Part shown: in pieces, positions 1 through 11,749 of the stretch
Numbering within the stretch: position 1 is the stretch's first letter
Layout: each line of letters begins with the position of its first letter
NCBI GenBank assembly: GCA_000004695.1
Contig: CM000151.3
Location: forward strand, 7,424,001 to 7,488,000
DNA length: 64,000 bases
Source: Dictyostelium discoideum
Lineage: Eukaryota
Direction: 5' to 3'
Notes under the pieces: model-generated
Databases searched by the model: none
Told to the model about the DNA's origin: nothing
The model's input: only the letters and a program-made list of their open reading frames with translations
Program-made: the position numbers and the translations under genes

Positions 1-1547
1 AACAATGATTAAATCGATAATTCAAAAGATAGTACCACATCATTTAGTAGTGTTGGAATATTTATTTGCATTTTTAGCAAGAGTTGCAAAATCATCAATC
101 AATGGTAACAATATGGATAGTTCAAATTTAGCAATAATTTTCGCACCAACTTTATTGAAATCAAAATCTGAAACACCTGAAAAACTAATTGCAGATTCAC
201 CACGTTCAACGAGTATCATCAAGATTATCATTGATAACTATTCGGAAATATTTGAAAAGGATCCAATCACTGGTCAATTTGTAACTGTTAAACCATTGAA
301 ACCATACTTTGAACAAGATTATTTATTATCTTCAAAATATGAAACTATTAATTTAGATAAAGAAATCGCTGAAATCTTTGAAGAAGAAGAAAGTTTATTA
401 TCATCATCATCATCATTATTAGCAATTTCAACTACAATTACTGATTCAATTGATAATAATAATAATAATAATGCTAATGCTAATGCTAACAATGCTAATG
501 GTATTAATAATAGTGGTACCACTAGTAATAAAAATAGTCGTCCAACAGTATTTCAAGTATTTAATCAATCATTATCATCATCTTCATTATTATCACCAGC
601 AGCAGGTGTTGTATCATATAAGGGTTCAAGATTGTCAGTTATTTCAAATGATTCATCAGCATCATCACCAGATTTATCACATGATGTTTCAATTGATGAT
701 GATGAGGAGGAAGAATTAAAGAAACCACCTGGTTTCATCTCATCATCACCAAACCATCAAATTTATAGTGACGACGATGATGATGACGATTATTATGATG
801 ACGATGATGACGATGAAGAACGTCATAATATTTCAAATGGTCAAGATAATGAAATTGAATTTAAGATTCAAGTTATTAAAGAATTAATTGATAAAACTAT
901 ATTAGATCTTCAAAAGGAATTCATTCAATTAGAAAAAGATTTACAAGATAATTTATCATTTCAAGAGATTGTGCTCGTTGCAAGTTCATTAAAAAGTATT
1001 ATGAAAATTTTAATTGACGGTCCAGATGTTGATTCTGAAGTAATCTCTTCATTTGAATTTGAATTACCAAATACTGATAATTCCAATAATAATAGTAATA
1101 ATAATAATTCCAATAATAATAGTGGTGACCCACAACAAATTAAAAGATTAGAAATTTTAAAGAAAGCAATACTTCAAAAGATTAATGAATCAATTCCATC
1201 ATTATTATTACAATTAAAAGATGAATCTTCAAGTTTAACTCAAAGTGACGATATTGGTAAAGATATTTGTTTAGTTGATTTAATTACAATTATGAGAACT
1301 TTAAGATGTGTTAATGATGTTTTAGATTTCTTCTTTAGTAAATGGAGTATAATTGCATCATTATCAAATAGTAATAATAATAATAATAACATAAAGAAAT
1401 CACAATCACCTTTAATGCCATCACCAAAATTAGTTTCAACAAGTGTAATATCAACTTCAACTTCAACCTCAAATAATGCTACAATATCAAATACAACTCA
1501 AGTACCACCACAAACTCAACCACAAAAACAACAACTACTACAAGTTC

Positions 1548-1603
<56 letters not shown>

Positions 1604-2656
1604 AAAGAACAAAAAGAACAACAACAACAACAACAAAAAGAACAACAACCAAAATTAGAAGAAGATTTTAAAATAACGATTCAATTAAAAGTTGAAGATT
1701 TAGTTCAACATATGTTTGATATTGATATGGTATTATATGAAGCAGAAGAAACATTAATGGGAATTTCATCAAAGAGTGAATTGATTTATCTTGCAAAAGT
1801 TGTACAAAATTTACAAAAAATCGTTAGATTACCAGTTAAAGCAAGTGCACAATTTGATGATTTACCACCACCAAAGATCAATACACTAAAGATAACACCA
1901 AAACATAAGTTAGCACCATTGGTTAGTGTAATCTATGTATTAATTAAAGAGATTAGAGATCAAATTGCACAATTTAGAGATAACTTTCAAAATCAATATG
2001 CTGATAGCACCACTAATAACACCAAAGAATTTGTATACTATAGACAAAGATTATTCGATATTTGGGATGTTTTATCGAAATTACCAGCTTTCAATTCCTA
2101 TAAAACAAGTTATCGTAATAGACAAGAAGTCTCTCAAAAGAATTGTCAATACATGCGTGAAACCATTGAATCTACACTCAAGAGGTTGGGTCCATTATTC
2201 TCACAACTTAAAAATGATGTCGTTGCTAATTCAACCGAGATCAGTTTAGATAATTTAATTGTAATCTCTAGATCTGTTACTAAAATTAAAAAATTATTTG
2301 AAGATTCTCAATTATATCAACGAACTAGTATTAAATTCTCACCTTTTCAATTAAGTAAAACTAGTTCAATCTCAATTTCAAATGATTGTTTTAATTTAAA
2401 TTCTTCAAATGGTAATATTAATACCAATACCACTGCCACCACCACCACTAATAGTCCACCTTCAAATTCAATGAATGATAAAATTTCAACTCTTAAAACT
2501 TTAACTGCTTCAATCATTGATCAGGTTATACTTAGATTCTCTCAAATTGAAAAAAATTTTAATGAAATCGATCAAGAATCTTATTTATTTGAAATTATTG
2601 ATGTATTAAAATCTGTTATTACAAATTTTAAAGAAATTAAAACATTAAATATTTAA
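1..2656 (+). CDS. RhoGAP-domain protein, 5'-partial (continues upstream of the window). C-terminal part of a Rho GTPase-activating domain followed by poly-N, poly-Q, poly-D low complexity.
   Basis: Reading frame is open from nt 2 and ends at the TAA at 2654-2656. The motif ...NMDSSNLAIIFAPTLLKS... matches the conserved C-terminal block of RhoGAP domains (N-x-M...NLA-V-F-P-L). The rest is (CAA)n/(AAT)n-encoded Q/N tracts typical of Dictyostelium. Confidence 0.7.
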
Positions 2657-2816
2657 ATAAATAAAATAAAATAAAATAAAATAAAATAAATAAAACTATA
2701 ATAATAAATAAATAAAATAAATATATATATATATATTTTTTTTTTTTGAATTGGAAAATAAATAAATAAATAATTTAATAAATAAATAATTTTTTATTAT
2801 TTTTTTTTAAAATTAA

Positions 2817-2817
2817 T

Positions 2818-2896
<79 letters not shown>

Positions 2897-2900
2897 TTAA
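2817..2900. repeat. (TTTA)n microsatellite of about 20 units in the 3' intergenic region
   Basis: Perfect tttatttattta... run, visible directly in the sequence. Confidence 0.9.
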
Positions 2901-3325
2901 TTTATTATTTATTTATTTTAATATAATAAAAAATTAATTAAAACAATACCTCGGTTAATTTATAAGCTTTTGATTTCCGTAAACATTTTTGCAGTATTCG
3001 TATTTTTAATTTAATTTTTTTTTATTTTTTAATTTTTTTTTTTTAATTAATTTTTTTTTTAGGTTTTTTTGAAAGCTTTTTAATGAATTTTTTTTTTTTT
3101 TTTCACTATAATTTTTTATTGTTTCACTTTGTGTACATAACACAATTTTTTTTATTTGTTAAGTTTTCTTTCTTTAAAGGAACTTTTCAATAATATTTTA
3201 TCAAAATTTTTTGATAAGTAAGAATAAAAAAAAAAAAAACAAAAAAAAAAAAAAAAAAATAACAAAATAAAAGTGACCCCCAAAGAAAAAAAAACTCTTG
3301 GATTAAAAATTAAATAACTTCAAAA

Positions 3326-5478
3326 ATGGTATCAGCAACATCAACCAATATTTATCAAACAAATTTTTCAGACTTTGATTCAATTAAAAAATCAATTCAA
3401 TCTCAAGTGTAAGTATTTATTATTTATTTATTTTTAAAAAATAGAAATTTTTATTAATTTTTTTTTTAATTAATAATATAATAATAAAATAATAGACAAT
3501 ATTATTTTAGTGAAGAAAATTTACGTAGAGATATTCATCTTAGATGTAATATGGATGAAGAAGGATGGGTATCAATTCCATTTATTTGTGGATTTAATAG
3601 AATGAGATCATTTGAAAGTTCAACTGTTATTGAAACATTAAAATCATTAAATTCATTAGAATTGGATTTACAAAATAATAGAGTTAGAATATTGGATAAT
3701 AGTAAAAGAAAACTTTGGATTTTAACTCAAGAAATGAAAGATGGATTTTTAGTTGGTATTGAACAACAACAACAAGCTCAATCAAGTGAAGAATCTGGTT
3801 GGGTAACAGTAAAGTCTAAAAAACTTTATAAATTAGAGAATGGTTCTACTTCAAAAGATTCATTATCAAATTTATTGAATCAACATGAAAATGATACTGA
3901 AATCATTAAACAACACAAAACTGAAGAAGGTTTCTTTGATTTAAGTGGTGATGAAGATGATAAACAAGATTTTTTCATAAAAGAAAGAAGAAATTTCGAT
4001 TATAGAAATATTGAACAAGAACAACAAGATTTTGAAAATGAACAACAACAAGAAGATGAAGATGAAGATGATCAACAACAACAACAACAACAAATTGAAG
4101 AAGTTGAAGAGGAAGAACAATTGTTTGGTAGTTATTCTGAAAAATCTGAAGATAATTTTAATGATGATGATCAAGATTATGAAAATAGTGAAGAAGATGA
4201 TGATATTTCAAATAAATTAATCATTGTTACTCAATCACCATTCAGAAAGAATAAAATTAATAGTAAAAAGTATATTAATGCTGATTTGGCAAGTGCAATC
4301 AATGATGGTCTTTATTTCTATGAACAAGATTTAAAAAGAAATAAACAAACAAAATATCAACAATTTAATACTATCATTGTTGAAGAATCAAAACTTTCTA
4401 AGCAATCAATTCAACAAAAATCATCAACTCAACAACAACCACCACCATTACAAAAACAACAACAACCACAACCACAACCACAACCACAACCACAACCACA
4501 ACCACAAAAACAAAAATTACAACAACAACCATCAAATAAATTAAATGATTTGAAATCTCCAACTAGACTCTATTCACCAAAACCAAAGAATACAAGTGGT
4601 AATAAAGTTAATGATGGTAGTACTCCTATTGGTTGGGTTATGGCACCAAATTCTGAACCTCCATCACCAATTTCAAATAGTCCATTGAATGCATCACCAA
4701 ATTCTGTTTCAAATAATAAATCTATTGAAACTAAATCCTCTAATAGTAAACCAATAACTAATAGTAATAATAATAATAATAATAGTTATGCATCAATTGT
4801 TAATTCAAAATCTAATAGTAATAATAGTTTATTATCATCATCAATTAAGTCTAATAATTCATCAATTGATGGTAATGGTGATTTCGAAAAACAACCAAGT
4901 CCATTCCCATACTTTCAACATCCATCATATGAATTACTATCAGAGAATGGATTTGTTCAACATAAATACAACAAATATCGTAGTAAATGTATGAAAGATC
5001 GTGAACGTTTCGGTGTTGGTCAATCAATGGAAATGAATACCTTGTTTAGATTTTGGTCACATTTCCTTCGTTCTCATTTCAACATTAAAATGTATGAAGA
5101 GTTTAAGACCATCGCTTTAGAGGACGCAAAACAAAATTGGAGATATGGTTTAGAATGCCTTTTTAGATTCTATTCCTATGGTTTGGAAAAGAAAATCAAA
5201 TTACTCTTATTGAATGATTTCCAAACATTAACACTTCAAGATTTCAATGAACAAAAACAAATCTATGGTGTTGAAAAGTTTTGGGCTTTCCAAAAGTATG
5301 GTAAAGATAAATCTCCTTATGATTTAAATCCAGAATTAAAACAAATCCTCTCCAAATTTAATTCTGTCGAAGATTTCCGTACTTATGAAAGAGTTAATAA
5401 ACCAATTATCTCTTTAAATCAAATTAAAACTTCATCATCATTGATTTCATCATCACCAAAGGTATCATCATCTTTACC

Positions 5479-5510
<32 letters not shown>

Positions 5511-5758
5511 CCTCATCATCATCATCAAATCATAAATCATCATCACCATCATCATCATCATCATCATTTAGTTCCAACTCTCATTCTACCTCTTTTGGTA
5601 GTAGAAAAAAATCATTTGGTTCAAGTTCGACCACAATGGCTTGGAATACAAGATCAACCATTCAAACTACTCCACATCAATCAAGCAATACCAACAATGC
5701 TAGTGGAGTAGTTGGTTCTTCAAGTGCCAAGACATATTTTGTTAAAAATGGAATGTAA
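3326..5758 (+). CDS. LARP1-like La-related protein, two exons: join(3326..3408, 3511..5758). La motif at the N-terminus, DM15 repeats near the C-terminus.
   Basis: ATG at 3326. GTAAGT donor at 3409 and ...ttttag acceptor ending at 3510 keep the frame (..[37 protein letters not shown] = La motif). The C-terminal block [36 protein letters not shown] matches the DM15/LARP1 signature. Stop TAA at 5756-5758. Confidence 0.75.
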
Positions 5759-6262
5759 GGCTTTTCCAACCTCTTTCCAATCCACTTGGAAAGACTTGAG
5801 TTGGAATCAACAAAAACAACTAAATCTTGATAATATGACAACTAAAATGATGATAAACAAAACACAACCAAATACACACCACACCAAAGATGATACTAAA
5901 AACCAAAATACAAAAACTCACTACCACCAACACCACCAAAAAATAAAAAAAGAAGAAAAACAAAAAAAATATTTGTCTATAAAAATAAAAATAAAAATAA
6001 AAGTTCTGTTCAAAAAAAAAAAAAAAAAAAAACGTTAAAAATAAAATTGTCTTTGAATATTCCTACCTATTTTATTTGTTTCATACTAACACCATTTGTC
6101 ACATTTTAATCAACGAGTAAACGCCAAAAAACAACGGTTTTCTCTAATTATTTAACACTTTTGTTATTGGAAATCGATTCCCACCAACTCTGGAATATTC
6201 CAATTTTAAAAAAAAAATTAACCAAACATGGGTTTTGGCTAAATTTAAAAAAATTTCAAGAT

Positions 6263-6358
6263 GGGGATGTAGCTCATATGGTAGAGCGTATGGTTTGCAT
6301 AAACAGCAACGATAATCAGAGTTCCATAAGGTAAAGGGATCGATACCCTTCTTCTCCA
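6263..6358 (+). tRNA. tRNA-Ala(UGC), copy 1, with a putative ~23-nt intron 3' of anticodon position 37
   Basis: Cloverleaf parts: acceptor GGGGATG/CTTCTCC with a G3:U70 pair (alanine identity element); D arm GCTC-ATATGGTA-GAGC; anticodon stem TATGG/CCATA with loop TTTGCA + 23-nt insert + T; T arm AAGGG-ATCGATA-CCCTT; discriminator A; a T-run follows. The identical 96-nt sequence recurs inverted at 10539-10634. Confidence 0.65.
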
Positions 6359-6387
6359 AAATTTTCTTCATGAAAACGATTATCAAT

Positions 6388-6398
6388 GGTTCGATTCC
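6388..6398 (+). promoter_or_regulatory. External B box (ex-B) of the tRNA-Ala gene, a Pol III TFIIIC site characteristic of Dictyostelium tRNA genes
   Basis: GGTTCGATTCC lies 30 nt downstream of the tRNA 3' end. The same motif sits at the corresponding position of the inverted copy (about 10499-10509). Confidence 0.6.
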
Positions 6399-6399
6399 C

Positions 6400-9300
6400 T
6401 TAAAAGTGTCAATAACCTCACAAGAATCTTGGAAAGGAGACTAGACAGAATATACCTTAACAATAGCATAATCAACTACAGCCAATTATACTTAAGGAAC
6501 CTAATCCCCCCAAAAATTAATGACATACCTCTATCAGATCACAACTTCCTATCAACCACCTTCACTCTACCCAACATACAGATGAACAGGCGCAGATGGA
6601 GATTAAAAAAATCCTCAATCCTCTCAAGCATAATGCTTAAGAAAATAGACTTCCTACTTAACGATTATTCAAGGGAGCTGTCATCCAACCATAACTCTAT
6701 TTCCTTCTCTCAACTCAACAGCTTACTAAACAAAATAAAACAACTATACACAGAATTTCAAAAACAAAATGACTACAACAATAAGGCAAACATCAAAAAT
6801 CTAATCTCCCTACTAGAGACAGAATTTAAAGACCAAGCCTTCGCAACCCTTTCAGCAATAAATGAATCTAAAAAAAGAGAAGAACAACTTAAACAAGAAT
6901 TGAACAACTATTGCGAAGAAACCTCACTCAAGTACATCTCCGCGAGAATCAAGAAAAGACACAATGATTTCACCATCAACGCAGTAAAAGATGCACAAGG
7001 TAGAACAATCAACAAACAGGAATTGATCGAAGAAGAATACGTAAAATATTACTCAAATCTTTATGACTACAAAGAAGATGACGCACCATCTCATTATGAA
7101 ATGTTGGAAAATTGGACAGTGACCAGGGACTCAACATGGGACAACCTTGAAAATTGAATTTCACAACACAAGAGATCCTAGAAGGTATTAAAACAAATTG
7201 AACCCACACAAATCTCCAGGCCCAGATGGAATTCCAAACTTATTCTACATAACACACAAAGAAAAACTAGCTCCAATACTGGCCTCAGCATTCAACGACA
7301 CTTTAAGAAATCCTCATCTAATTAGCAAAAATTACAAAGAAGGCCTCATTATCACGATACCTAAAAAGGGAGACCCCGAACTAATCAAAAACAGAAGACC
7401 AATTACACTGGCTAACTGTATATATAAAATCCACTCAAAACTAATAAACAATAGAATAATCCCAATACTAACGAAAGTGATCAACCACAATCAAAAAGGT
7501 TTCGTACCAGGCAGATTCATTATAGATAATATCATATCAATGAACGAATTAATCAACTATTGTAATGATAAAAGAATTAACGGAATAATTACACTATATG
7601 ATTTCGAAAAAGCTTTTGACTCGATTTCACACGGTTCAATACTCAGATCACTACAACACATCAACATTCCAACCAATATAATCAACCTGATAATGAATCT
7701 ACTCACCAAATCTGAAGCAAGAATTGAAATTAATGGTAGAACTACTATACCCTTTGAGATCAAAAGAGGAGTCAAACAAGGAGATCCACTATCACCCACC
7801 CTGTTCGTCCTTGTAATAGAGGCTTTAGCTAGAAAAATTTTACAAGATGACCGAATTACTGGCCTTCCTCTAAACAACAGCAACCACAGAGAGAAATTCC
7901 AAAGCTTTGCAGACGACTCGGCTTCAATGGTCCCAGACTCTCAACAACTTGAATTAGTACTACAACACTTCAATTCATTTTGCAAAGCCACTTCCTCAAA
8001 ACTAAACATCGACAAATCTTCATCAATTCTTATAGGCAACCCAGACAATACCAACCAAAGAATACCAATATCTACAAATCCAGAAAGATACTTGGGATAC
8101 TTCTTCACAGGCAAAGGGATAACAAGAAAAATGCCAGAAATATTAAACACAATAAGATCATCCTTAGTACTATGGAAAACCACTGACTCAACAATCAAAA
8201 CCAAAACCAACATCCTCAAAGCATTCGCACTCTCTAAATTAACCTACTATTCATATGTAGAGAACTTTAAGGAAGAGGAATTAAACCAAATCAATAAATT
8301 GGTCGAATGGTTTTTATCGGCACCTAACAACAAAAATGCTAGTGGATTTCAAGTTATTAATTTAATGAGAACCAAAAGAGCAAGATACCCACTAAATGTA
8401 GGGGGCTGGAACATTTGGAATATAGAATTGAGACAACTGGCGCAGAAACTTTGGATCATAAACCAGTTCATCCTAGCACTAGAAACCAAACAAACAAACT
8501 CATCTCATCACAAAAGCTGGGAATATCAGATCCAAAAAAACAAATTCACATCCAGATACCTAAAAGAAAACTTAGACGAATGGAACAAAATAAGAATAAA
8601 AAAAGCAATCTTCAACAATAATCTCACATCCATAAAAAACGAAAATGGACGACCACTTTCACTGGCAGAATGGTATACCACAATTCAAGACCAAAATCCA
8701 ACCATCCCTAAAACGGAATTCCAATCATCTCTAAACTTAAGAGGCTACAGCTATAATCAACTCTTCAACAACATACTGAAGATAAAAGACCCTAAAACAA
8801 GAGACACAATGTTTAGATTCCATGCCAGATGCCTTCCAATAAACTACCTTCACAACAAACAATGCCCACTCTGCAAAGAAGATATGAGCAAAGACCCATA
8901 CGGTCACCTGTTCTTCTCATGCAAGAAAACAAAACAATTCATAAAAATAAATAAACTCAAAAATTTCATCTATATTACCACAGGCAAAGGTAAAAACTGG
9001 CACCATACAAGAATTAGGCAAAATAACAATTTCATTAATAGAATAACTCCAAAATTATCACCGATAGCCAAAAAAGATCAAGAAGTGAATGCAGATTACG
9101 CCAACCTCAGATTCCACAAAGAATACTTTGAATGGAACTATAAAGCAATAGACTATGATCTAACTAGATCATTCGCATATAGAAACCTAATGGCCCTTAT
9201 CCTCCACAACATTTGGATTTGGATTTGCAATCAAATATACAGTGAAGATCCTTTAACAGATGAATCACTATCATACAGCTCCCTTCTAAAGAAATGGCAC

Positions 9301-9589
9301 AAATTGGCCACTCTAGAATACATCAAAAAAGCAAAAGATCTGAAAAACTTATCAGCAAAAGACCATAATAACTTCAAAGATCCTAAGATCCTTCTCACTT
9401 CAACGATCAAGCTAAGAAAAACAACAGCTAATTACTATTGTATTCCAGAATCATCTCTCCCAAATATTATATCTTTTGATCAATTCATATGATTAAAATA
9501 ACCCTTCAGCTTAAATGATAAGCCTATAAATAAATATTAAATAAAACTCGTATTAACACAGATGGACATATATCAATCTTGTTAATCTA

Positions 9590-9623
<34 letters not shown>
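6400..9623 (+). mobile_element. TRE3-type tRNA-gene-targeted non-LTR retrotransposon, 5'-truncated. It starts inside the APE domain of ORF2, has a frameshift between the APE end and the RT, and ends in a 3'UTR plus oligo(A).
   Basis: ORF 6429..7157 carries the endonuclease C-terminal motifs (..DRIY..PLSDHNFL). ORF 7198..9492 is a reverse transcriptase (SPGPDGIPNLFY.., ..QGDPLSPTLF.., FADD) plus a C-terminal Cys/His finger (CPLCKEDMSKDPYGHLFFSC). The insertion is immediately 3' of a tRNA gene and its ex-B box, same orientation as the tRNA. Poly(A) runs 9595-9623. Confidence 0.8.
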
Positions 9624-9625
<2 letters not shown>

Positions 9626-10538
9626 AAACTCAACCTTATAAATTGAAAAACTTAACTTAACTGTATCCTCTCAAGTTGAGTGGCGATTGAAATTCAGTCT
9701 TTGAAATGTTTGTGTATGTTTTGTGAATTTCGTCATACTATTCCGCTAATGATCATCCAAAGTTTCTGAAAATGTAGAAACCATGTAAAAAGTAGTCCTG
9801 TTTGAATTTGGAGTTGACTGTTTTTTTAAATATCAGCTGGTATTTTAAATTTAGAATAAAATAAATTCATCAAACGATATTAAATTTGGCAGCATTGATT
9901 CTGGAATTTTATTAGACCAGTGTTTTTCCATTAAACAATAATTAAATGTTTAATTATATTAATTTTAATTTTAAAATAAAAGGAATTTTTATAATTATTA
10001 TTTATTCATTTTAATTATTTTTTTTTTTTTAATGTACTAAATGGATAAATAAAATATTGAAATTGTAGTTAATGAAATAAATTGTTTCAAGAATACTATT
10101 TGGGAGACCCAGATTCTGCAACACAATAAGCTTTGCAAGTTAATTTTCTTAATATATTTTATTAAGGAAATAGTTTGGATCTTTAAAATTGCTTGGATGT
10201 TTTGAAATAGATAGTTTTAAATTGTTTGAATTTTATATATTCATGAGTGTTTATTTTTTTATCCTTTTGTTAAGGAGAGTTCGATATGAAATTATTCATC
10301 TCTAAATGGTCATTCAATATACAGTTGGTTGCAATTCCAAACTCATTTGATATGAATTATTAAGGCCATTATGTTTAATATGAGGTTCGGGATAGGTCAT
10401 AGTTAACAATTTTTTACCCTATTCCGAGTATTCTTTGTGGAATCTAAGATCCTATGGTAACTCATGACCTTATCGATTAAATTCAATCTAATAAATGGAG
10501 AATCGAACCATTGATCACCGTTTTCAGGACAAAAATTT

Positions 10539-10634
10539 TGGAGAAGAAGGGTATCGATCCCTTTACCTTATGGAACTCTGATTATCGTTGCTGTTTATGC
10601 AAACCATACGCTCTACCATATGAGCTACATCCCC
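10539..10634 (-). tRNA. tRNA-Ala(UGC), copy 2, 96 nt identical to copy 1, inverted orientation
   Basis: Exact reverse complement of 6263-6358, with an ex-B-like GGTTCGATTCTCC at about 10497-10510 on the minus strand. Confidence 0.65.
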
Positions 10635-10699
10635 ATCTTGAAATATTTTTAAAATTAGCCAAAAACCATCTTTAGTAAATTTTTTTTTAAAATAAGCCA

Positions 10700-10850
10700 A
10701 AAACGAATTATTCCAGAGTTGGTGGTCGATCTCCAATAACAAAAGTGTTAAATAATTAGAGAAAACCGTTGTTTTTTGGCGTTCCAATACCAAAATTGTT
10801 AAATAATTAGAGAAAACCGTTGTTTTTTTTGCTTGTTCTATTGTGGGTAT
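10700..10850. repeat. Tandem duplication (~55 bp x 2) in the conserved 5' flank of tRNA-Ala copy 2
   Basis: ...gttaaataattagagaaaaccgttgtttttt... occurs twice. The single-copy version is present upstream of copy 1 at about 6120-6180. Confidence 0.7.
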
Positions 10851-11511
10851 CGTATTGATGTGGGTTTGATTTTTTGTCCCAGACCAATAGTATGGCCCCT
10901 GTCTCCTCCCCAAGTAAAAGTGATATAAGCTATTCATATTAAATTTTTATTTGTTTTTTATAATATTTAGTGAGTTTTAAATAAAAAGATTTTAAATTAT
11001 AAAAATAGATTAAATTATTAAATTATAAAATTAAGATTTAAATTAATATGACAAAAGTTATTAAAAATAAATATACGATTAAATCTTTTTTTTTTTTGAA
11101 TTGGATAACGCAATTATTATTTGCTTCTCCTTGAGATGCTAGATCTCATTTTATTTTATTTTTTTTTTTTTTACAGGGTCTCTAAAAGAGGGGTTAGTTT
11201 ACTTTTTTTTTTTTTTTTTTTTTTTTGTTTCGAATTTTGAATTGTATTATTACTTTTGATTAAAACATCTTTTTTGTCCAAACTTTTTTCTAAATCTTTT
11301 TTTATTTTATCGTCTGGTTCGTGATTGATGTTTATGACGTATTTGAATTGTTTTTTTTTTAATTGAGTTTTATCCACAATTTCGCTTATTTTTTGTAGGC
11401 ATTTGTGTTGCTTAATATTTGTGGTGTTGTTTGTGATTTTCATTTTATTTTCCTTCTATTTTTTTTATTTTTAAAAATCTGGAAATTTTCTGATTAACTT
11501 GGGGTTCCCAG

Positions 11512-11554
<43 letters not shown>

Positions 11555-11670
11555 TCTTTTTTATATGAAAAATGAAATAATCAAAAAAAGAGATTGTTGT
11601 TGTTTGTTTTTTTTTCGATCTATACGATTAAATCTAAAACGTAGCTAAATAATTTGGAAAATATCGATTA

Positions 11671-11743
11671 GTTCGGATGGTGTAGTCGGTTATCACGAAT
11701 CCTTAACACGGATTAGGTCGTGGGTTCGATTCCCGCTCTGAAT
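11671..11743 (+). tRNA. tRNA-Val(AAC)
   Basis: Acceptor GTTCGGA/TCTGAAT; D arm GTGT-AGTCGGTTA-TCAC; anticodon arm AATCC-TTAACAC-GGATT (anticodon AAC); T arm GTGGG-TTCGATT-CCCGC; discriminator A; T-run downstream. Confidence 0.8.
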
Positions 11744-11749
11744 ACTCTT

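Noticed and set aside
5712-6038. ORF 5712..6038 overlapping the end of the LARP1-like gene
   Set aside because: A different frame, starting inside the stop region of a complete CDS; His/Lys-rich low-complexity junk in the 3'UTR.
6144-6386. Minus-strand ORF 6144..6386 and ORF 10563..10937 covering the tRNA-Ala genes
   Set aside because: They span Pol III genes and their conserved flanks. The translation 'repeat' in 10563..10937 merely reflects the 55-bp tandem duplication.
9624-10470. Unassigned ~850-bp segment between the TRE3 poly(A) and the ex-B box of tRNA-Ala copy 2
   Set aside because: I could not match it to anything else in the window or recognise a coding or RNA structure. It is left as unclassified flank; a target-site duplication for the TRE3 was looked for and not found.
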